Source: Candidatus Sulfotelmatobacter sp. (lineage in GTDB: Bacteria; Acidobacteriota; Terriglobia; Terriglobales; Acidobacteriaceae). Taken from it: a DNA stretch of 64,000 nt. Within the stretch, counting starts at the first letter, position 1. Each line of letters begins with the position of its first letter. The position numbers and the translations under genes are program-made. The stretch is from assembly GCA_049590215.1 (NCBI GenBank), contig JBAWCJ010000468.1:2633-66632 (forward strand). Direction: 5' to 3'. A model generated the notes under the pieces. It was not told where the DNA came from. It saw nothing but the letters and a program-made list of their open reading frames with translations, and searched no databases. Positions 26,147 through 35,993 of the stretch are shown here, in pieces.

Positions 26147-27567
26147 GCTTTCTTGGCGCCGTCCTTCATTGCGCCGTTTTTCAGGGCGACGGCGGGCACG
26201 CCATCGGGATGAGAGGCGGCGCGTCCTACGCTGTAATAAGTGAATCCGTGTGCCGCCATCACTTCGGGATCATACAGATTCCGGCCGTCGATCACGATTG
26301 GGTATTTGAGTTCCTGATTGAGGCGGCGGAGGTCGAGGTTGGCAAACTCTTCCCACTCGGTGAGGATGAGCAGGGCGTCAGCGCCGCTGGCCGCCTCGTA
26401 GGCGGAGTTGGCGTACTTCAGATTCGAACTGATCGCCTCCTGGGTGCGTTCCATCGCCGCCGGATCATAAGCCGTGATCTTGCAGCCTTCCTGCAGCAGG
26501 GCCTGGACAAGAAAAAGTGCCGGCGATTCGCGAATGTCGTCGGTGCCTCCCTTGAAAGCGAGGCCGAGGACGCCAAGGCGCTTGCCGCGGAGCGTCCACA
26601 GAGCGCTGCGCACTTTGCGGAGGAAGCGCTCGCGCTGGTCTTCGTTGATGCGCATGACTTCATCGAGTAGACGGAAGTCATAGCCGCACTCGCGGGCGAC
26701 AGCGCGGAATGCCATGACATCTTTGGGGAAACAGGAACCACCGTAGCCGATTCCGGGATTCAGGAAGCGCGGGCCGATGCGGGAGTCAGTGCCGATGCCG
26801 TGACAAACCTGGTTGACGTTGGCGCCCACGGATTCGCAAATAGAAGCGACGGCGTTGATGAAGGAGATCTTCATCGCTAGAAATGCGTTGGAAGCGTGTT
26901 TGATCAGTTCCGCGCTCTTGGTGCTGGTTACGATGATGGGAGCGGGAATCGAAGCGCGGTCGGGTTGGGGAATGGCGTCGCTGCGTTCGTAATAGCTGCC
27001 GCTGGTGAGCGGTTCGTAGACCTGGCGGAGGACTTCGGCGGCGCGCTCAGTGTCGCAACCGATGACGATGCGGTCGGGAAAAAGAAAGTCGGTGACGGCA
27101 GTGCCTTCACGCAGGAATTCGGGGTTGGAAGCAACGTCAAAAGATTCCGGGTCAGCGCCGTTGCGGAGAATGATTTTGCGAACCCACTCGCTGGTATAGA
27201 CCGGGACCGTGCTCTTCTCGACGATCACTTTGTATCCATTGATCGCGCCCGTGATTTCGCGAGCGACCGACTCTACGTACGACAGATCGGCCTCACCGCG
27301 CTCGGTGGGCGGAGTGCCCACGGCCACGAAGATGACGGAACTGGCGCGTACGGCTTCCTGCAGATCGTCAGAGAAAGTAAGGCGGTGACCGCGATGACGG
27401 CTTAACAGTTCGGGAAGAAAGTTTTCGTGGATGGGGACTTGTCCGTTCATGAGGGCGGACAATTTACGTTCGTCATTGTCGACGAGAACTACATCATGAC
27501 CGAGGTCGGCAAAGCAGGCGCCAGCAACTAATCCTACGTATCCGGAACCAACGACAGCGATCCGCAT
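26143..27567 (-). CDS. ugd: UDP-glucose 6-dehydrogenase
   Basis: [26 protein letters not shown] Rossmann N-terminus. GGSCFPKD catalytic Cys motif. Confidence 0.9.
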   Translation of the reverse strand: MRIAVVGSGYVGLVAGACFADLGHDVVLVDNDERKLSALMNGQVPIHENFLPELLSRHRGHRLTFSDDLQEAVRASSVIFVAVGTPPTERGEADLSYVESVAREITGAINGYKVIVEKSTVPVYTSEWVRKIILRNGADPESFDVASNPEFLREGTAVTDFLFPDRIVIGCDTERAAEVLRQVYEPLTSGSYYERSDAIPQPDRASIPAPIIVTSTKSAELIKHASNAFLAMKISFINAVASICESVGANVNQVCHGIGTDSRIGPRFLNPGIGYGGSCFPKDVMAFRAVARECGYDFRLLDEVMRINEDQRERFLRKVRSALWTLRGKRLGVLGLAFKGGTDDIRESPALFLVQALLQEGCKITAYDPAAMERTQEAISSNLKYANSAYEAASGADALLILTEWEEFANLDLRRLNQELKYPIVIDGRNLYDPEVMAAHGFTYYSVGRAASHPDGVPAVALKNGAMKDGAKKA

Positions 27568-27884
27568 GTTTCAAACTCCCTGGATGAAAGGTCTTGGAAC
27601 GGCTTTGTTTTATGGTGTTTTCAAGAAAAGCCACGGGGAGGAAAGTCATTGAAACTGACTCGGAGAAGCATTCTCACTTACCCTAAGATTGGCCAATTCT
27701 AACATTCCCTCGCACATAGGGAAAGGAAACAAAGGACTCTAGAACCAGTGCTGGGTTGCCATTTTTTGTCATTTTGGGACAGAAGAAGCGAGATCATAAG
27801 TGTGATTCTGCGACTCCTCTGCAACGAAAAGCAGCTTCTGACGGGCGACCTGAGTCTCAAGATCGATCGGAGATTCCGAATCCC

Positions 27885-29528
27885 ATGGAAAATTTTCCGC
27901 GCGCGCAGGCGAAGGGCCGAATCTATATTGACAACCCCCAGATTTGGGGCGAAACTCCGCTACAGAAGCTAGAATTTTCCGATCGATCCTCCTCTGACAT
28001 GGCGCACAATCCGATATTCGGGTCTGATCCCGCGAAGCCGGCTTCTCCCCCGCCTGAAAGAGGCCAAGAGAAGGGGGCGGCAGAAGTGGCGAACCCGGGC
28101 GATTGGGATCTGGGGGAACTGGCGGCGAAGTTTGCGGAGCACGGGGGCGGTCAGGTGTCGCCGGAGATTTCGGCCGAGCTGGCGCTGCAGATTGTGCTGA
28201 ACGAAATTGTGGAACAAGCGTGCCTGGCAACCGGGGCGAGCGGGGCGGCGATAGTGCTGGAACGCGGCGGGGAATGGGTTTGCCGGGCGAGCACCGGCAG
28301 GAGCGCTCCGCAACTGGGAGCGAGGCTGGGCACTGCGTCGGGGCTGTCGGGCGCGTGTGTAAAGACCAAGACGGTGCAGCGCTGCGACGATACGGAGAAC
28401 GATCCGCGCGCCGATGTCGATGCTTGCCGGACTCTCGGAATACGCTCGGCGATGATTCTCCCCTTGCTGCAGAACGGGGAACTGGTAGGCGTATTCGAGG
28501 CGTTTTCCACGTTGCCGTCGGGGTTTGGAGAACGTGACGAGCGAACGCTGGAAGCGCTCTCGCGCCGCGTGCTGAGTAATCTGGAGTTCGCATCCGGGCC
28601 CATGCCTCAGCGACAAAAGTCCGCCGGACAAACTTCCGCCGCAGAACCTTCAGAAAGCACGCCGACAATCGCGGACGATACTGCGAGTTTCGCCACGGCG
28701 TCCGCCGAAAACTCCGTGCGCTCTGACGGGAAACAGGACTTACCGGACCAACCGTTGCCGCAAGCGCCGCACGAGGCTCCCTCCCGACGAAGTGTGAATT
28801 TCATAACGCTGGCGCTGGGCGCGGCAGTGCTGGCCTACGCCGCGTTGCTGACCGTGCTCGTGGCACATCGCATGGGCTGGCGGGGAACTACGGCGCGTGC
28901 GCATGCGCCAGCCACGGTCTCTGCGCCGGCGGGTGCAGAGCGCCAGCCGACTGGGTCTGGACAAACTACAGGTTCGCCTGCGTCTGGGAGCCAATCCGCT
29001 GGGGCCACGACGTCTCGTTCTGCACCGGCGAGTGCGGTTCCCGCTGCAGACGCATCGCGAGCAACTAATACCTTCCCGCCGCCGGGCGGCCTGCTCGTCT
29101 ATGAGAACGGAAAGGAAATTTTCCGGATGAAGCCCACCGTGGAACAAGGTGAGGCGAAGGAAGAGCAGCGCAACGCTCCCGATATCAGCACTGCGCATGA
29201 AAGCGGAGTGCAGCGGGCTTCCTCCGTTGAGCCGGCAGGCGTGCTGGAGTTGCCGCCGAACGTGGCCGAAGCCAGCGTGCTTCATCGCGTGGAGCCGGAC
29301 TATCCGCAAGAAGCCCGGCAGCAGCGGATTCAGGGGGCGGTAGTGTTGAGCGTGCGCATCGCCCAGAATGGCAGCGTGCAGTCGGCCACTCCCGTGAGTG
29401 GGCCGCCACTGCTTGCGCAGGCTGCGACCGACGCAGTGAAGCAGTGGCGATTCAAGCCTCACCGGGTGGGCGGCCATCGTGCGGAAATGCAGACGAAGAT
29501 TACCCTCGACTTCCGATTGCCGCAGTAG
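27885..29528 (+). CDS. GAF domain - TM - Pro/Ser/Ala linker - TonB C-terminal domain fusion protein
   Basis: GAF-like segment (EIVEQACLATGASGAAIVLERGGEWVCRAS...AMILPLLQNGELVGVFEAFS), one TM helix (FITLALGAAVLAYAALLTVLVAH), and TonB_C (VEPDYPQEARQQRIQGAVVLSVRIAQNGSV...WRFKP). The start is uncertain (27756, 27885 or 27999). Confidence 0.7.
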   Translation: MENFPRAQAKGRIYIDNPQIWGETPLQKLEFSDRSSSDMAHNPIFGSDPAKPASPPPERGQEKGAAEVANPGDWDLGELAAKFAEHGGGQVSPEISAELALQIVLNEIVEQACLATGASGAAIVLERGGEWVCRASTGRSAPQLGARLGTASGLSGACVKTKTVQRCDDTENDPRADVDACRTLGIRSAMILPLLQNGELVGVFEAFSTLPSGFGERDERTLEALSRRVLSNLEFASGPMPQRQKSAGQTSAAEPSESTPTIADDTASFATASAENSVRSDGKQDLPDQPLPQAPHEAPSRRSVNFITLALGAAVLAYAALLTVLVAHRMGWRGTTARAHAPATVSAPAGAERQPTGSGQTTGSPASGSQSAGATTSRSAPASAVPAADASRATNTFPPPGGLLVYENGKEIFRMKPTVEQGEAKEEQRNAPDISTAHESGVQRASSVEPAGVLELPPNVAEASVLHRVEPDYPQEARQQRIQGAVVLSVRIAQNGSVQSATPVSGPPLLAQAATDAVKQWRFKPHRVGGHRAEMQTKITLDFRLPQ

Positions 29529-29547
29529 AAAATCCCTCGCACATGGG

Positions 29548-30324
29548 TTAATGCTTGTCTTTTGGGATCCCGACAGACATTACTCCGGACTTGGCGCGAG
29601 CGAAGGCTGGCCGGGACCGCCTTGCGATAGAAGAGGCCTTCGGAGCGTGCGTCGTACCGCCTAAAGCGTAAAGCACCACCTCTACTCGGCTGGACACACC
29701 TAACTTGTCGAAAATACGAAATAGATAATTTTTGACCGTGTGTTCCGTAAGCTTCAGACGGCGGGCGATTTCGCGGTTGGTGAGGCCTTCCGCCAGACAC
29801 CGGACGACATCGATTTCGCGCGCCGAAAGCAACGACTTGCCATTGCTGCTCAGGTGGGCGAGCGCAGGTTGAGTCAGGGCTTCGAGCACGAACTGCAGTT
29901 CGCTGCTGCTTGCCCAAACCTGCCCGGCCTCCACGCACTGGATGCACTTGGCCAGCAAGCGGAAAGGTTCGGTGCGGCAAAACACTCCCTGGGCGCCGGC
30001 CCGGAAAGCCGCAATGACTGCTCCCCGCTCGGAAGTGTCGAGCAGCATGATCACGCGCGGCGAAGGCGACTGCGACCGCAACTCGCGAAGCAGATCGACG
30101 CCTCCCGCATGATCTTCGCCCAGCTTCGCGCTGATCACCACTACCTGCGGTTTCTCGCGTTCAACCAGATTAAGGATTGCCTCTGCCTCGGACGGAGACT
30201 CGATCATTTCAAACTGCGCGTCTCGAGCCAGCGCTTCAACCAGAAGTTGCGTACCCATGGCGGTACTGTCCGCAGCCAGAACGCGGAGCCGGTCTTGTTT
30301 GGGAAGAGCCATCAAATGAGCCAT
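29548..30324 (-). CDS. LuxR/FixJ-family response regulator with an atypical receiver domain
   Basis: C-terminal HTH LSAREIDVVRCLAEGLTNREIARRLKLTEHTVKNYLFRIFDKLGV. The receiver region reads VVVISAKL where the phospho-acceptor Asp is expected. Confidence 0.75.
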   Translation of the reverse strand: MAHLMALPKQDRLRVLAADSTAMGTQLLVEALARDAQFEMIESPSEAEAILNLVEREKPQVVVISAKLGEDHAGGVDLLRELRSQSPSPRVIMLLDTSERGAVIAAFRAGAQGVFCRTEPFRLLAKCIQCVEAGQVWASSSELQFVLEALTQPALAHLSSNGKSLLSAREIDVVRCLAEGLTNREIARRLKLTEHTVKNYLFRIFDKLGVSSRVEVVLYALGGTTHAPKASSIARRSRPAFARAKSGVMSVGIPKDKH

Positions 30325-30880
30325 ATGCTGGTGAAGCTTGATGCTACAGCGAGCTTGTTTCGGACGGAAAGCAGAAAGTGGTAATCGGCATAACGCTGGT
30401 GTAGCACCCGTGGGGAACTGCAAACCGAAGCCTTAACTGAGTGAGACCCGGAAGCCGATTCTCAAAGCATCGGTCCACAGGATTTAACTAAAGCCTATAG
30501 GAAGGAAGAGCCATCGTAAATGGCACTATCGTGCAGGGGGGTAGCCGGCGAGTCTCGGCCTTCATCGGTTGGGGAAGGCACAAAAGTTGCAAGTTCTTGC
30601 ACTTCTGGCAGTCGCATCGTCGCCGCTTACAGCCCACAACGTGGCCATCTCTGGATGCGGTGAGCTGTGACCTAAGGTCATGTGAGGAGTCCTCTACAGC
30701 GGTAATCGGGTCTTGAAGCGCCCGGGATGAGTGGCGTCGGAGGAACGTGGCCGTCAGAATTTGCAACCTTTTGAGTAGAAATTAGCGTCTGTCATCCGCA
30801 TTGTTTATAGGAGGTTACCGAAGTTACCTGAGCGAACGGGCGAAGCCGGGGGAGTCTTTTTTCTCTCTACTTTCCACCTC

Positions 30881-30909
30881 TTGCACGTTTTTGCGCACGT
30901 GGCTAGAAT
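30881..30909 (+). promoter_or_regulatory. sigma70-like promoter upstream of the NusG-paralog gene
   Basis: TTGCAC, 17-nt spacer, TAGAAT. This predicts a 5' leader of about 170 nt before the ATG at 31088. Confidence 0.4.
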
Positions 30910-31087
30910 CGCTTCAAGATTACGGGATCTTGATTCCCCAGATGGTGCGGTTTTCAACCGGTGTCCCCCCACACTAACAGTTCGTAAACCGGGCGACTGG
31001 CTTGCAGCCAGACGACGGGGTCGGAGTTCTCTTTTTCTGGCGGTCACTTTCCAGGAGTTGCCGGAATGTGACTGAAAGGGCGAAGCT

Positions 31088-31642
31088 ATGAGTACCGGTC
31101 AAGCGCTACGGATGGATTCGGGAGCTGTGAGCGAGGTTCCGGTTCTCGATATTCCCCAGTGGTATGCGATCCGCACGCGGTCCCGCCACGAAAAAATGGT
31201 TGCCGACCAACTGGAGAAGCAAAGTATCGAAAGCTTTCTTCCTTTGGTGAAGAGCACGCGCAAATGGAGCGACCGGAAAAAGGAAGTGGAACTGCCGCTG
31301 TTTTCCGGTTATAGCTTCGCGCGCCTCGCGCTTTATTCCCCAGATCGTCTGCGCGTTCTGCGGACTCATGGAGTGGCAGGGTTCGTCGGGGTGCGGGGAG
31401 TGGGGATTCCAGTTCCCGAGAAGCAGATTGAGAGTTTAAGAACTCTGTTGGCGAATAAGATCCCGATGACGGACCGGCCTTTTCTTCAAATCGGCCAGCG
31501 GGTACGCATCAGGGGAGGGGCCCTGGATGGAATTGAGGGCATTCTCGCTGCTCAGGACGAGCGCAATTTAGTGATCTCGGTCGAGCCGATCCATCGTTCG
31601 TTGTCGGTCTGCATCGATGGATACCGCTTCGAGCCGATTTAA
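31088..31642 (+). CDS. NusG-paralog transcription antiterminator (RfaH/UpxY-like) of the polysaccharide locus
   Basis: NGN domain WYAIRTRSRHEKMVADQL...LPLFSGYSFARL and KOW motif IGQRVRIRGGALDGIEGIL. Confidence 0.8.
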   Translation: MSTGQALRMDSGAVSEVPVLDIPQWYAIRTRSRHEKMVADQLEKQSIESFLPLVKSTRKWSDRKKEVELPLFSGYSFARLALYSPDRLRVLRTHGVAGFVGVRGVGIPVPEKQIESLRTLLANKIPMTDRPFLQIGQRVRIRGGALDGIEGILAAQDERNLVISVEPIHRSLSVCIDGYRFEPI

Positions 31643-31762
31643 GTCCACGAATTCACATTCATTTCAACAAGATTTATTTCATCAAGCGCGTTTTCACGAG
31701 GAAGACGCGACAGATGTCCTTGGGGCCACGTTGTCGAAATTCACGTTCTGTGGGGTTAATTT

Positions 31763-32053
31763 ATGAGTGACACCGAATTCAAAAGCGAAAATAGCGGAAA
31801 TGAGGGCGCCGCACGCTCTGATGTGTGGCAGCCGAACGCCGGCGAGACGGCAGCGTCTGCAGGCCTGGAGCCGGCCGCTAACCTGTCGCTCCGCAGCCAC
31901 CGTCACGAAGCCGAAGTGCACGCCATCAGCAGCGCTTTGCGGCAAACGGGCGGGAACCGCAAGCGAGCGGCCAAGCTGTTGAGCATCAGCTACCGTTCTC
32001 TCTTGTACAAGATTCGCCAGCACAACATTTCGCCTGCTGCTCTGGCTGGCTGA
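31763..32053 (+). CDS. small stand-alone Fis-type (HTH_8) DNA-binding protein
   Basis: The C-terminus ISSALRQTGGNRKRAAKLLSISYRSLLYKIRQHNI resembles the DNA-binding tail of NtrC-family activators. Confidence 0.65.
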   Translation: MSDTEFKSENSGNEGAARSDVWQPNAGETAASAGLEPAANLSLRSHRHEAEVHAISSALRQTGGNRKRAAKLLSISYRSLLYKIRQHNISPAALAG

Positions 32054-32205
32054 ACCGGTGTTGGCGAGGACGAGAGGCATCGAAGCCTCCGCCAGGGCTG
32101 TCTCGCCGTCGATACGATCGCGCGGTGGTTGCAAGCGTCAGCGGACTGAGTCGCAATTCTCTTGAGCTCCTTTTCCTTCAGATAAACAGATAAGGACGAG
32201 AAAAA

Positions 32206-33210
32206 ATGTTTCTAGAATTCTATGGCTTACGGGAACAGCCTTTTGGGGTCACGCCTGATCCTCGTTTTTTGTATTTGAGTCCGGCTCATCGGGAGGCCCT
32301 GGCGTGCCTTTACTACGGGGTCGAGTCGGGACGGGGCTTCATGGCGTTGATCGCCAAGCCGGGCATGGGTAAGACGACGCTGCTGTTTCAGTTGCTCGAA
32401 AAATTCCGCAGCACCGCGCATACCGCATTTCTTTTTCAGACGCAGTGCAGTTCGCGCGAGTTCATGCGCTTCCTGCTGGCCGAACTTGGTTCTGACGCCC
32501 ATGAGCAGGATTTTGTCCGCATGCACGATGAATTTAACAAGCTCCTGTTGCAGGAAGCTCGCGCCGGCAGGCGGATGATTATTGTCGTCGACGAGGCGCA
32601 GAACCTGCATCCCTCGGTTCTGGAGACGATTCGGTTGCTTTCGGATTTCGAGACTCCCAAGGCGAAGTTGCTGCAGATCATTCTCGCCGGGCAGCCGGAA
32701 CTGGCAGACAAGCTGGCCGGACGGAAGCTGTCACAGCTGCGGCAGAGGATCTCGCTGCTGAGCGGCCTGTCACCGCTTTCGGTGGCGGAAAGCAGCAATT
32801 ACATTGAACATCGGATGCGCATCGCCGGGTATTCAGGGCCTCCGCTGTTTACCCCGGAAGCGATGCAGGGCATCGCACAATTTACGGAAGGGATTCCGCG
32901 CAGTATCAACAACTTCTGCTTTAACGCGCTTTCCCTGGGTTGCGCTATGCGCGAGCGCATGATCAGCGCTGCAATGGTAGACGAAGTTATCTCGGATCTC
33001 GACATCACCAAACACATCACCGAGCTTCCCCGTGGGGTGTCAGAATCGAAGTTCCTTGAGGCCGCCGGTAACGGGAAGCGGCCTCCGATGCGTGGCATTT
33101 CGTACTCTGGCGAAGCAGACGGTGACGATCCGCTGACGTCAGCGCAAGCCAAGGCTTACATGCAGCAACTGGCGGTGCAATTGAGAAATTGGAAACGCGA
33201 AGTCGATTAG
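32206..33210 (+). CDS. ExeA/GspA-like AAA ATPase (EPS/PEP-CTERM-locus 'secretion ATPase' type)
   Basis: FYGLREQPFGVTPDPRFLYLSPAHREAL, Walker A AKPGMGKTTLL, Walker B IIVVDEAQNL. Confidence 0.8.
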   Translation: MFLEFYGLREQPFGVTPDPRFLYLSPAHREALACLYYGVESGRGFMALIAKPGMGKTTLLFQLLEKFRSTAHTAFLFQTQCSSREFMRFLLAELGSDAHEQDFVRMHDEFNKLLLQEARAGRRMIIVVDEAQNLHPSVLETIRLLSDFETPKAKLLQIILAGQPELADKLAGRKLSQLRQRISLLSGLSPLSVAESSNYIEHRMRIAGYSGPPLFTPEAMQGIAQFTEGIPRSINNFCFNALSLGCAMRERMISAAMVDEVISDLDITKHITELPRGVSESKFLEAAGNGKRPPMRGISYSGEADGDDPLTSAQAKAYMQQLAVQLRNWKREVD

Positions 33211-33231
33211 CAAGAGGAGGACGCGGCCTGC

Positions 33232-34056
33232 CTAGGAGAACGCCAATTCCTTCGCTCTCTGCGCCGCCCGCACTACTGCCTTGATGAGGGTCACACGCAA
33301 TTTGCCTTCTTCCAGTTCCATGATGCCGTCAATGGTGCAGCCCGCGGGAGTGGTTACGGCATCCTTGAGAAGAGCCGGATGGTCGCCGGTTTCGAGTACG
33401 ACTCTGGCGGCGCCCAGCGTGGTTTGGGCAGCCAGAAGAGTGGCAACATCCCGGGGAAGGCCCACTTTCACTCCGGCTTCGGCCAGCGATTCGAGAATGA
33501 TGTAGATGTAGGCCGGACCGCTCGCTGACAGACCTGTGACCGCGTCCATGTGCTTTTCGTCGACTACCACTGTGCGGCCTACGACGTCGAACATCCGGCA
33601 AGTCAGGGCAACGTGTTTCGCATCCGCGTATTTGCCTTTGCACACCGCCGTCATTCCGCTGCCGATCGAACAAGGCGTATTGGGCATGGCTCGAATGACT
33701 GGGATGTGTTCGGGAAGGGCGCCCTCGATCATCGATGTCGGCACCGACGCAGCAACGGAGATGATCAGCTGGGCGGGAGTGATTTGTCCGCGGATTTCAC
33801 GAATGACTTCCTGCACCACTTGCGGTTTTACCGCGATCAGAACGATGTCTGCTCCCTTGACCGCAGCCGCATTATCGGTTCCGACCTTGACATTCAGCTT
33901 CGCGGCGAGCAACTTCGCGCGCTCTTCATGTTGCACGGTAGCGCGGGTAAGCTTTGGAGAAAGCAAGTTGTCCTTGAGCAATGCCTGCAGAATGATTCCA
34001 CCCATCTTGCCGGCACCCAGCACCGCGACCCGCATCTTGCGGAGTTCGGATTCCAT
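33232..34056 (-). CDS. proC: pyrroline-5-carboxylate reductase
   Basis: MRVAVLGAGKMGGIIL Rossmann motif plus conserved P5CR C-terminal dimerisation region. The start is 34056 or 34035. Confidence 0.85.
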   Translation of the reverse strand: MESELRKMRVAVLGAGKMGGIILQALLKDNLLSPKLTRATVQHEERAKLLAAKLNVKVGTDNAAAVKGADIVLIAVKPQVVQEVIREIRGQITPAQLIISVAASVPTSMIEGALPEHIPVIRAMPNTPCSIGSGMTAVCKGKYADAKHVALTCRMFDVVGRTVVVDEKHMDAVTGLSASGPAYIYIILESLAEAGVKVGLPRDVATLLAAQTTLGAARVVLETGDHPALLKDAVTTPAGCTIDGIMELEEGKLRVTLIKAVVRAAQRAKELAFS

Positions 34057-34116
34057 AATTTTGCCTCTGCTGAATCGGGAGCGATTCACGTTGCCGTCAT
34101 TGACGGCAACAAAAGT

Positions 34117-35097
34117 TTACAGGATGCCAGTAGAGGTGCGGTGGTGCTGCATCCACTTCCAGGCGGTGGAGACCGACTCTCGCAATGAGCGCGTGGCTTT
34201 CCAGTGCAAGAGAGTTTCGGCCCGGCTGGGGTCAGCGACCAAAGCAGGCGGATCGCCTGGACGGCGAGGACTCATGCGTACGGGTACCGGATTGCCCGTC
34301 ACTTCTTCGACCGCAGTTATGACTTCACGTACCGAACGGCCCTGGCCCGTACCCAGGTTTGCAGCAAAGGATGGTTTGCCGGCCTGCAGATGCTCGAGAG
34401 CTTTCACATGGGCCTGAGCGAGATCGGTAACATGAATGTAGTCTCGAATGCAGGTGCCGTCGGGTGTGGGATAGTCGGAGCCGAAGACCTGCAGTTCCGG
34501 TCCGGCGCCGGCCGCCGCCCGCAGGGCGAGCGGGATGAGATGGCTCTCGGGCTGGTGCAGTTCGCCGATTTCTCCGGTTTCATCCGCCCCGGCCGCGTTG
34601 AAGTAGCGCAGGCTGGCGAAGCGGAGCCCGTAGGCAGGATCGTAAGCTTCCAGTGCGTGCTCGAAGAAAAGCTTGGAAACGCCATAGGGATTCACCGGCT
34701 GCCGGGGCGTGTTCTCGGAGATAGGAACGCGGGATGGTTCGCCGTACACCGCACAAGTCGAGGAAAAGATTATCTTCTTCACTCCGGCATCGACTGCAGC
34801 GTTCAACAACGAAAGCCCACCTTCCACGTTGTTGCGAAAGTATTTTCGCGGGTTCGTGACCGATTCACCGACATAGGCGTGAGCCGCGAAATGCATGATG
34901 GCATCCACGCGGCCGAGAACCGGGAGCAGTTTTGATGGATCGAGGATGTCGCCCTTGACGAATTCGAAACCGGTCGCCAGAAACTCGTGGCCGGTGGAGA
35001 GATTGTCGTAGACCACGGGAGTGTGGCCCAGGCGTTTCAATTCGCGGGCAGTATGACTGCCAATGTAGCCGGCGCCACCGATTACCAGCACGATCAT
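34117..35097 (-). CDS. galE: UDP-glucose 4-epimerase
   Basis: MIVLVIGGAGYIGSHTAREL, DNLSTGH, YGVSK catalytic motif. Confidence 0.85.
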   Translation of the reverse strand: MIVLVIGGAGYIGSHTARELKRLGHTPVVYDNLSTGHEFLATGFEFVKGDILDPSKLLPVLGRVDAIMHFAAHAYVGESVTNPRKYFRNNVEGGLSLLNAAVDAGVKKIIFSSTCAVYGEPSRVPISENTPRQPVNPYGVSKLFFEHALEAYDPAYGLRFASLRYFNAAGADETGEIGELHQPESHLIPLALRAAAGAGPELQVFGSDYPTPDGTCIRDYIHVTDLAQAHVKALEHLQAGKPSFAANLGTGQGRSVREVITAVEEVTGNPVPVRMSPRRPGDPPALVADPSRAETLLHWKATRSLRESVSTAWKWMQHHRTSTGIL

Positions 35098-35201
35098 GAA
35101 AGGTTCCCGACAAACGCAGGCGTTGGGGACAGTCATTCTACACGCCGCTGGAATAGAATTGAAAGCGGCCTTCGTCGGCGTCAGTTGAGGAGATTAGAGC
35201 A

Positions 35202-35939
35202 ATGAACAAGAGATACGCAGGACTGTTATTGGTGATGGCCGCCGCAACCTCGGTGTGCCTGGCCCAAGCGAACTCGAAAGTTTCGAGCCAGCTGCCAGCT
35301 TCCGCCGCCGGGCCGGAGACGAATGCGGTCATGTCCGAGAACGCCGGTAACGCTTCGGTCGGACCCAGCTTCAACCAGCGTTACGCACGCTACAAGCTGG
35401 AATTCGGCGACCAGTTCGACGTTTCCTTCGAACTGAGCCCGGAATTTAACCAGACTGTGACCGTCCAGCCGGATGGCTACATTACGCTTCGAGGAGCGGG
35501 AGATGTCCGCGTGGTGGGTCAGACGGTGCCGCAGTTGACGGAAACACTGAAGCAGGCCTACGGCAAGATCCTGAAGGATCCCGTGATCTCGGTCGTTCTC
35601 AAGGATTTTGAAAAGCCTTATTTCATTGCCGACGGGCAGGTTGGCAAACCCGGAAAGTACGAATTGCGAGGGGAGACGACTTTGACCCAGGGAATCGCCA
35701 TCGCCGGCGGCTTCAACGACGCCGCCAAACACTCCCAGGTATTGCTGTTCCGGCGTGTGGATAGCGATTGGGTTTCCGCGAAGATTATCAATGTGAAGGA
35801 AATGGAAAAGAAAGGGGACCTGCACGAGGACCCCTACCTGCATCCTGGAGACATGTTGTTCGTGCCCAAGAACCGTTTATCCAAGATAAAACCCTTCTTG
35901 CCGACCGCATCGATGGGCACTTTTTTGAACCCTTATTGA
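35202..35939 (+). CDS. polysaccharide export outer-membrane protein (Wza-like; Poly_export + SLBB)
   Basis: Signal peptide. YKLEFGDQFDVSF...VQPDGYITLRGAGDVRVVGQTVPQL...GQVGKPGKYEL. Confidence 0.85.
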   Translation: MNKRYAGLLLVMAAATSVCLAQANSKVSSQLPASAAGPETNAVMSENAGNASVGPSFNQRYARYKLEFGDQFDVSFELSPEFNQTVTVQPDGYITLRGAGDVRVVGQTVPQLTETLKQAYGKILKDPVISVVLKDFEKPYFIADGQVGKPGKYELRGETTLTQGIAIAGGFNDAAKHSQVLLFRRVDSDWVSAKIINVKEMEKKGDLHEDPYLHPGDMLFVPKNRLSKIKPFLPTASMGTFLNPY

Positions 35940-35993
35940 TTTGAACCGTTATCAAGCAGCTAGCGAGTTAAGAAGTTTAGAAGCGAGGACAGG

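Noticed and set aside
27706-29547. TCCCTCGCACAT(R)GGG present on both sides of the GAF-TonB gene (27706..27721 and 29533..29547).
   Set aside because: Only 12 nt are identical. In 64 kb, many 12-mer matches are expected by chance (on the order of 100 pairs), so this is not significant on its own.
30669-30681. Perfect 13-bp palindrome TGACCTAAGGTCA in the long intergenic region.
   Set aside because: Single palindromes with 6-bp arms are expected many times by chance in 64 kb, and there is no second copy.
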